Shown here piece by piece: positions 60,301 through 64,000 of a stretch of DNA of 64,000 nucleotides; within the stretch, counting starts at the first letter, position 1, and every line of letters begins with the position of its first letter. The stretch is from Fistulifera solaris (Eukaryota): positions 62,001 to 126,000 of the forward strand of contig AP026143.1 in NCBI GenBank assembly GCA_030295235.1, in the 5' to 3' direction. The position numbers were made by a program, and so were the translations under genes. The notes under the pieces were generated by a model, which was given only the letters and a program-made list of their open reading frames with translations, ran no database searches and had not been told where the DNA came from.

Positions 60301-60435
60301 AATTATACTTTATGGATTTGAAATTGCATTGCATTCAAAATGTTGGCAGCCATAAGCATCTACTAGTTTTGATTTTATGCTTATCATCACACGCAACATA
60401 ACACCCTGTTAGAGCTCTCTTGTTTGTAATTAGAA

Positions 60436-61657
60436 ATGGGAATGGAGGAAGATTCGGAAGAATCAATATCGTTGAAACACATCCTGGGCGATATGTCGGT
60501 AGAATCTTTCTTTGATGATATCTGGCAAAAGCGACTGCTGTTTTCCGTCCTGAAAACGACAATCTATTTACATCTTATCATCATGCTATTGAAAATGGAT
60601 GGAATATCATGACAGAACTTTTAGAGCACGACGGCGACAAAGTTTTAGTGTTCGAGAATCAGGGTGTATTGGATAATAGAGACGAGTCCGAACCTTTGGC
60701 AGCCTCCTTTTGAAAGGGAATTCACTGGTTTGGAATCATGCGGATGTATTGACGTTACCACTGGCTCATCTTTGCGATGACTTGCAAAAATCATTCCCAC
60801 ACGCCTACGCAAATGTTTATCTAACCCCTCCACAAAGTCAAACGGTACCACCGCACGCCGATGATCGCGATGTGCTCGTTATTCAATTGTATGGAGAGAA
60901 AAATTGGACGGTGTATCGAAACATACCGATTGCGTACCCATATCCCCATGAGCAAGTCGGTAAAGACGAGCGTTTGCCCGTTCCGGAGCAAGTCTTGGAT
61001 GGGCCTTGCTACAACATAACGTTACAGAAAGGCCATGTTCTCTATATGCCTCGTGGTTACGTGCACGAAGCGCATTCGGCTCAGCACACCAGCAGCTTAC
61101 ACGCAACTATAGCGTTTGCAACGCAGGATTGGACTTGGGCTGGTTTTCTGCAGCAGCAAACAGAGAAGGTGCTTTTTCAGACGAACCCAGAGTACCGCAT
61201 GGCGGTGCCGCGGACGATTGGAATGCGAAGTCAAATACACAATAAGGACGAGATCGAAAACTTCATGAGGCAGGCTATAACAACGCTTCAAAATGAAATA
61301 ACGTTTGATAAGTTGGAGGACACCATGGCTAAAAAGTACGCTTTCCACAATGATCGAGCCAAGAAACTGAGAAATGCCATTGCCGTTGACTCATCATCAC
61401 GTAAAGGCCCTCTTTCTGTCGGATGGAAAGTCCCATTAAGGGTCTCAACTCCGCCGAAATCCAAGGGCACGGGATTGAATATACGGGAAGACCATTTGTT
61501 TTTGGCGGAGCTGTTGCAAACCTTACGGTCCCAACCGGAGAAATGCTTTGCTCCGTGTGATTATCCCGCTCTAATACATCCGAATGTGTGCTGCGATTTT
61601 GTCCTCCTGTGTTTCGCCATGCAATGCGTCACCTTAGGAGCTCTAGCAGTAGCTTGA
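60436..61657 (+). CDS. JmjC/cupin 2OG oxygenase (NO66/MINA/RoxA-like); N-terminus split by indels
   Basis: ESFFDDIWQK, NVYLTPPQSQTVPPHADDRDVLVIQLYGEKNW (HxD), LYMPRGYVHEA. Confidence 0.88.
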
Positions 61658-62037
61658 AGCGCTAGCGACAAATGAGGCTATTTTTAAAAGAGTTTTCTTG
61701 TCTCAACATCTACTATGGAGACTTCTCCGAACTCAGAAGTCCTTAAGTTCTCATAATTACTTGGTAAGGTATCATTATCTTCCTCATCCTTAGCTTTCAA
61801 TTCCCTGTGCCTAATACTAATAACCTTACTAGATTTGCTCGTAAACCTTAACCCTAATTCATCGCTACTTCAGAAGGTGGCAGCATTTATTTATTATTTT
61901 TGCGCGCATTTTTTTTTTTGATTGGCAAAGAGCGATTGCAAAGACGTAATTGCACCACAACCGAAGTAGCCTAACTATTTTTCGCGTTATCTTTCATACA
62001 ATATTGTGCTTCCAGTTAAGTTGACGGCCTTACGAAA

Positions 62038-63127
62038 ATGACAGTATCCGCCCCATCGTCGAACGAGTTACAGAGACGCGTCACGGCAGCCAAAATGGTT
62101 ACGACAGATGTCACGCGGCGCATGATTTGTGGAGGTGTTGCCGGTATGATAGCCAAGGTATGTTGATTGAATACAGGATGGTCACGTTACTTCTTTGGAG
62201 CTCAAAGTCATCGTTACAGACTGTAACAAATCCCTTGGAACGGATCAAAATGTTGTCACAAACGGGAGAAGGAACCAAAAAGGCCAGCGGGAGACCGTCC
62301 ATCTTGGGTTTATATCGTGATATATTGCAGAAAGAAGGCATATTGGGTTTATGGGCTGGAAATGGGGCCAATCTGTAAGTCCTCGACAAGCAAACGGTAG
62401 CTGCAACAGCTTCTCTCTCGCTCATTTCGATCATCGAATCATTCCGCTTTTTAGGTTACGTGTCTTTCCTGCCAAATCGGTGGTGTTTTCCTGCAATGAC
62501 TATTATCGAGCTTTGTTTTCACGAATCTTACAAACCGATCAACTACCTGCTCCCGTCAGCTTTCTGGCAGGAGGATTAAGTGGGATGACGGCGACGGCTG
62601 TGACATATCCCTTGGATTTGGCGCGAGGACGCATTTCGGGGAAACTGGCGGTCGCCAAGGGACAGAAAGTTTATCGCGGTATAGTTCAAACGATTCTTTT
62701 GACAGTCCGGGAAGAAGGTGTTGCTGCGCTGTTTAAGGGTATAACACCTACGATTCTGGGTGCATTGCCGTATGAAGGCATCAAATTTGGTACTGTTGGT
62801 GCCATGGAGCGTCTCTTTCCGGAGGAAAATTCCTCCGTAAGTACTCCGGTTCGTAAAATGATTTTTGGTGGGATGGGAGGTGTTATGGCTGGATTAATTA
62901 CGTATCCGAACGACACAGTGCGGCGCCTTTTGCAGCTGCAAGGTAGCCGTGGCAACAGCTCAACGTATGCTGGCTACTGGGATTGTGTGAGACAAACGTA
63001 TAGGACTCACGGAATCTCTCGTTTCTACCATGGCTTGACGATAAACACAATTCGCATGGCTCCCAACACTGCTCTGCAGTTCTATTTCTATTCCCTACTC
63101 AAGCAGTGGTCGGATGGTCTCGTATAG
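62038..63127 (+). CDS. Mitochondrial carrier (SLC25; CoA/Graves-disease-carrier-like); two introns
   Basis: Three Px[DE]xx[KR] repeats: NPLERIK, YPLDLAR, YPNDTVRR. Also GNGANLLRVFP and LPYEGIKF. Confidence 0.9.
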
Positions 63128-63204
63128 CGTATGGCTTTCGGCCGATGTTTGGATGGCTCTCCAGCATTCTCATTCCGTAATTTATAAGCACACTAAACTG
63201 ATGA

Positions 63205-63250
63205 GCTGCGAGTTTCTACAACGATGTGCTGCGAGTTTCTACAACGATGT
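63205..63250. repeat. Perfect 23-bp tandem duplication
   Basis: GCTGCGAGTTTCTACAACGATGT x2. Confidence 0.95.
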
Positions 63251-63355
63251 CATTAAGGTTTGAGCGGCAAACCTTTCTTGGCTCCCGAGATCAATAACAT
63301 GAAAAACAAACCAGTATTCATATCAGTTATATAACAGTAGGACCAATTAAGTGAC

Positions 63356-64000
63356 TCATACAGCTGAGTCTTCCAAAACACTGCTTTCTCCCGTACGAGT
63401 ACCTCCATCTCGGGCGAGAAGACTTCCGGCGCCATTGTCGTCGGAACTACCCAGGGCCAAGTTTTCCATGTTCGTCAAAATTACCGTTGCAATTCCGCGA
63501 TCTTCCGAATCTTCCTCGTCAATGTCATCCAACATTTCTGTCTCTTCCTCATCCTCCACGAGAGGATCCAGTAAAGCTTCTGTGCCAGTTCCGCCGGATG
63601 CTCGGGAAACATTGGAAGAGTACACCAAATCGCTAAACGCGTGACAATCTTCCAAAGTGTCTTCCGACAACCGTTCGTTGACCGACGGCAAGTTACTAAA
63701 CTCTCTACTGTTGTGCATTTTGGCCTTTGACTCTGCGAAATCGAGTTCCACGAGGCCTTGTCGATCGTAGAGAATATCCCGATCAACGAGATCGTCAAGC
63801 GAGCTTATCGAAGAGTTTCCGTCTGTCGATGTTGTTGTTGATATGGTCTTCTTGCTGTGATGTGGACTCCGGGAGCGTCCTCGTTGGTCGGGGATGCGCT
63901 TTTTAAGAATACTGTTCACCTTTTCTGGCGGATGTAAGCTGGGACTCAAGCGGGGAGGCCCACGCGTGGCGTTCATTCTACCCGGGGGCAAATCGTCAAT
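63356..64000 (-). CDS. 3' part of a hypothetical low-complexity protein (runs off the window)
   Basis: Open frame of more than 210 codons, Ser/Asp/Glu-rich; no family recognised. Confidence 0.6.
   Translation of the reverse strand: MDDLPPGRMNATRGPPRLSPSLHPPEKVNSILKKRIPDQRGRSRSPHHSKKTISTTTSTDGNSSISSLDDLVDRDILYDRQGLVELDFAESKAKMHNSREFSNLPSVNERLSEDTLEDCHAFSDLVYSSNVSRASGGTGTEALLDPLVEDEEETEMLDDIDEEDSEDRGIATVILTNMENLALGSSDDNGAGSLLARDGGTRTGESSVLEDSAV

Overview
Gene-dense eukaryotic nuclear DNA, most likely a diatom. Evidence for this: short GT-AG introns, bipartite signal + 'A|F' plastid presequences, a diatom-type cyclin and two silicanin-1-like membrane proteins. About 35 protein genes are present, including telomerase reverse transcriptase (TERT, 43670-46886, minus strand), an F-box/RING SNF2 helicase, an m-AAA protease, two 20S proteasome subunits, ABCG, P5C reductase, purple acid phosphatase, COQ6, cyclophilin, IWS1, a P450, a JmjC oxygenase and a mitochondrial carrier. 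Many genes, including essential ones, are split by single-base indels in homopolymers, which I read as assembly error rather than pseudogenisation. The most notable structures not explained by the ORF track are: (1) a 1.56-kb non-coding insertion with a perfect 14-bp target-site duplication, an (ACAATA)n tail and an internal 290/220-bp tandem array (58731-60314); (2) a 3.6-kb low-GC gene desert near TERT that contains a self-complementary island with a telomere-template-like 9-mer (51245-51620); (3) a 4-nt micro-exon in the cyclophilin gene; (4) a small putative secreted precursor with repeated DxVWVYP-RR motifs. No CRISPR array, rRNA or tRNA was recognised. All calls were made by eye; no database searches were run.
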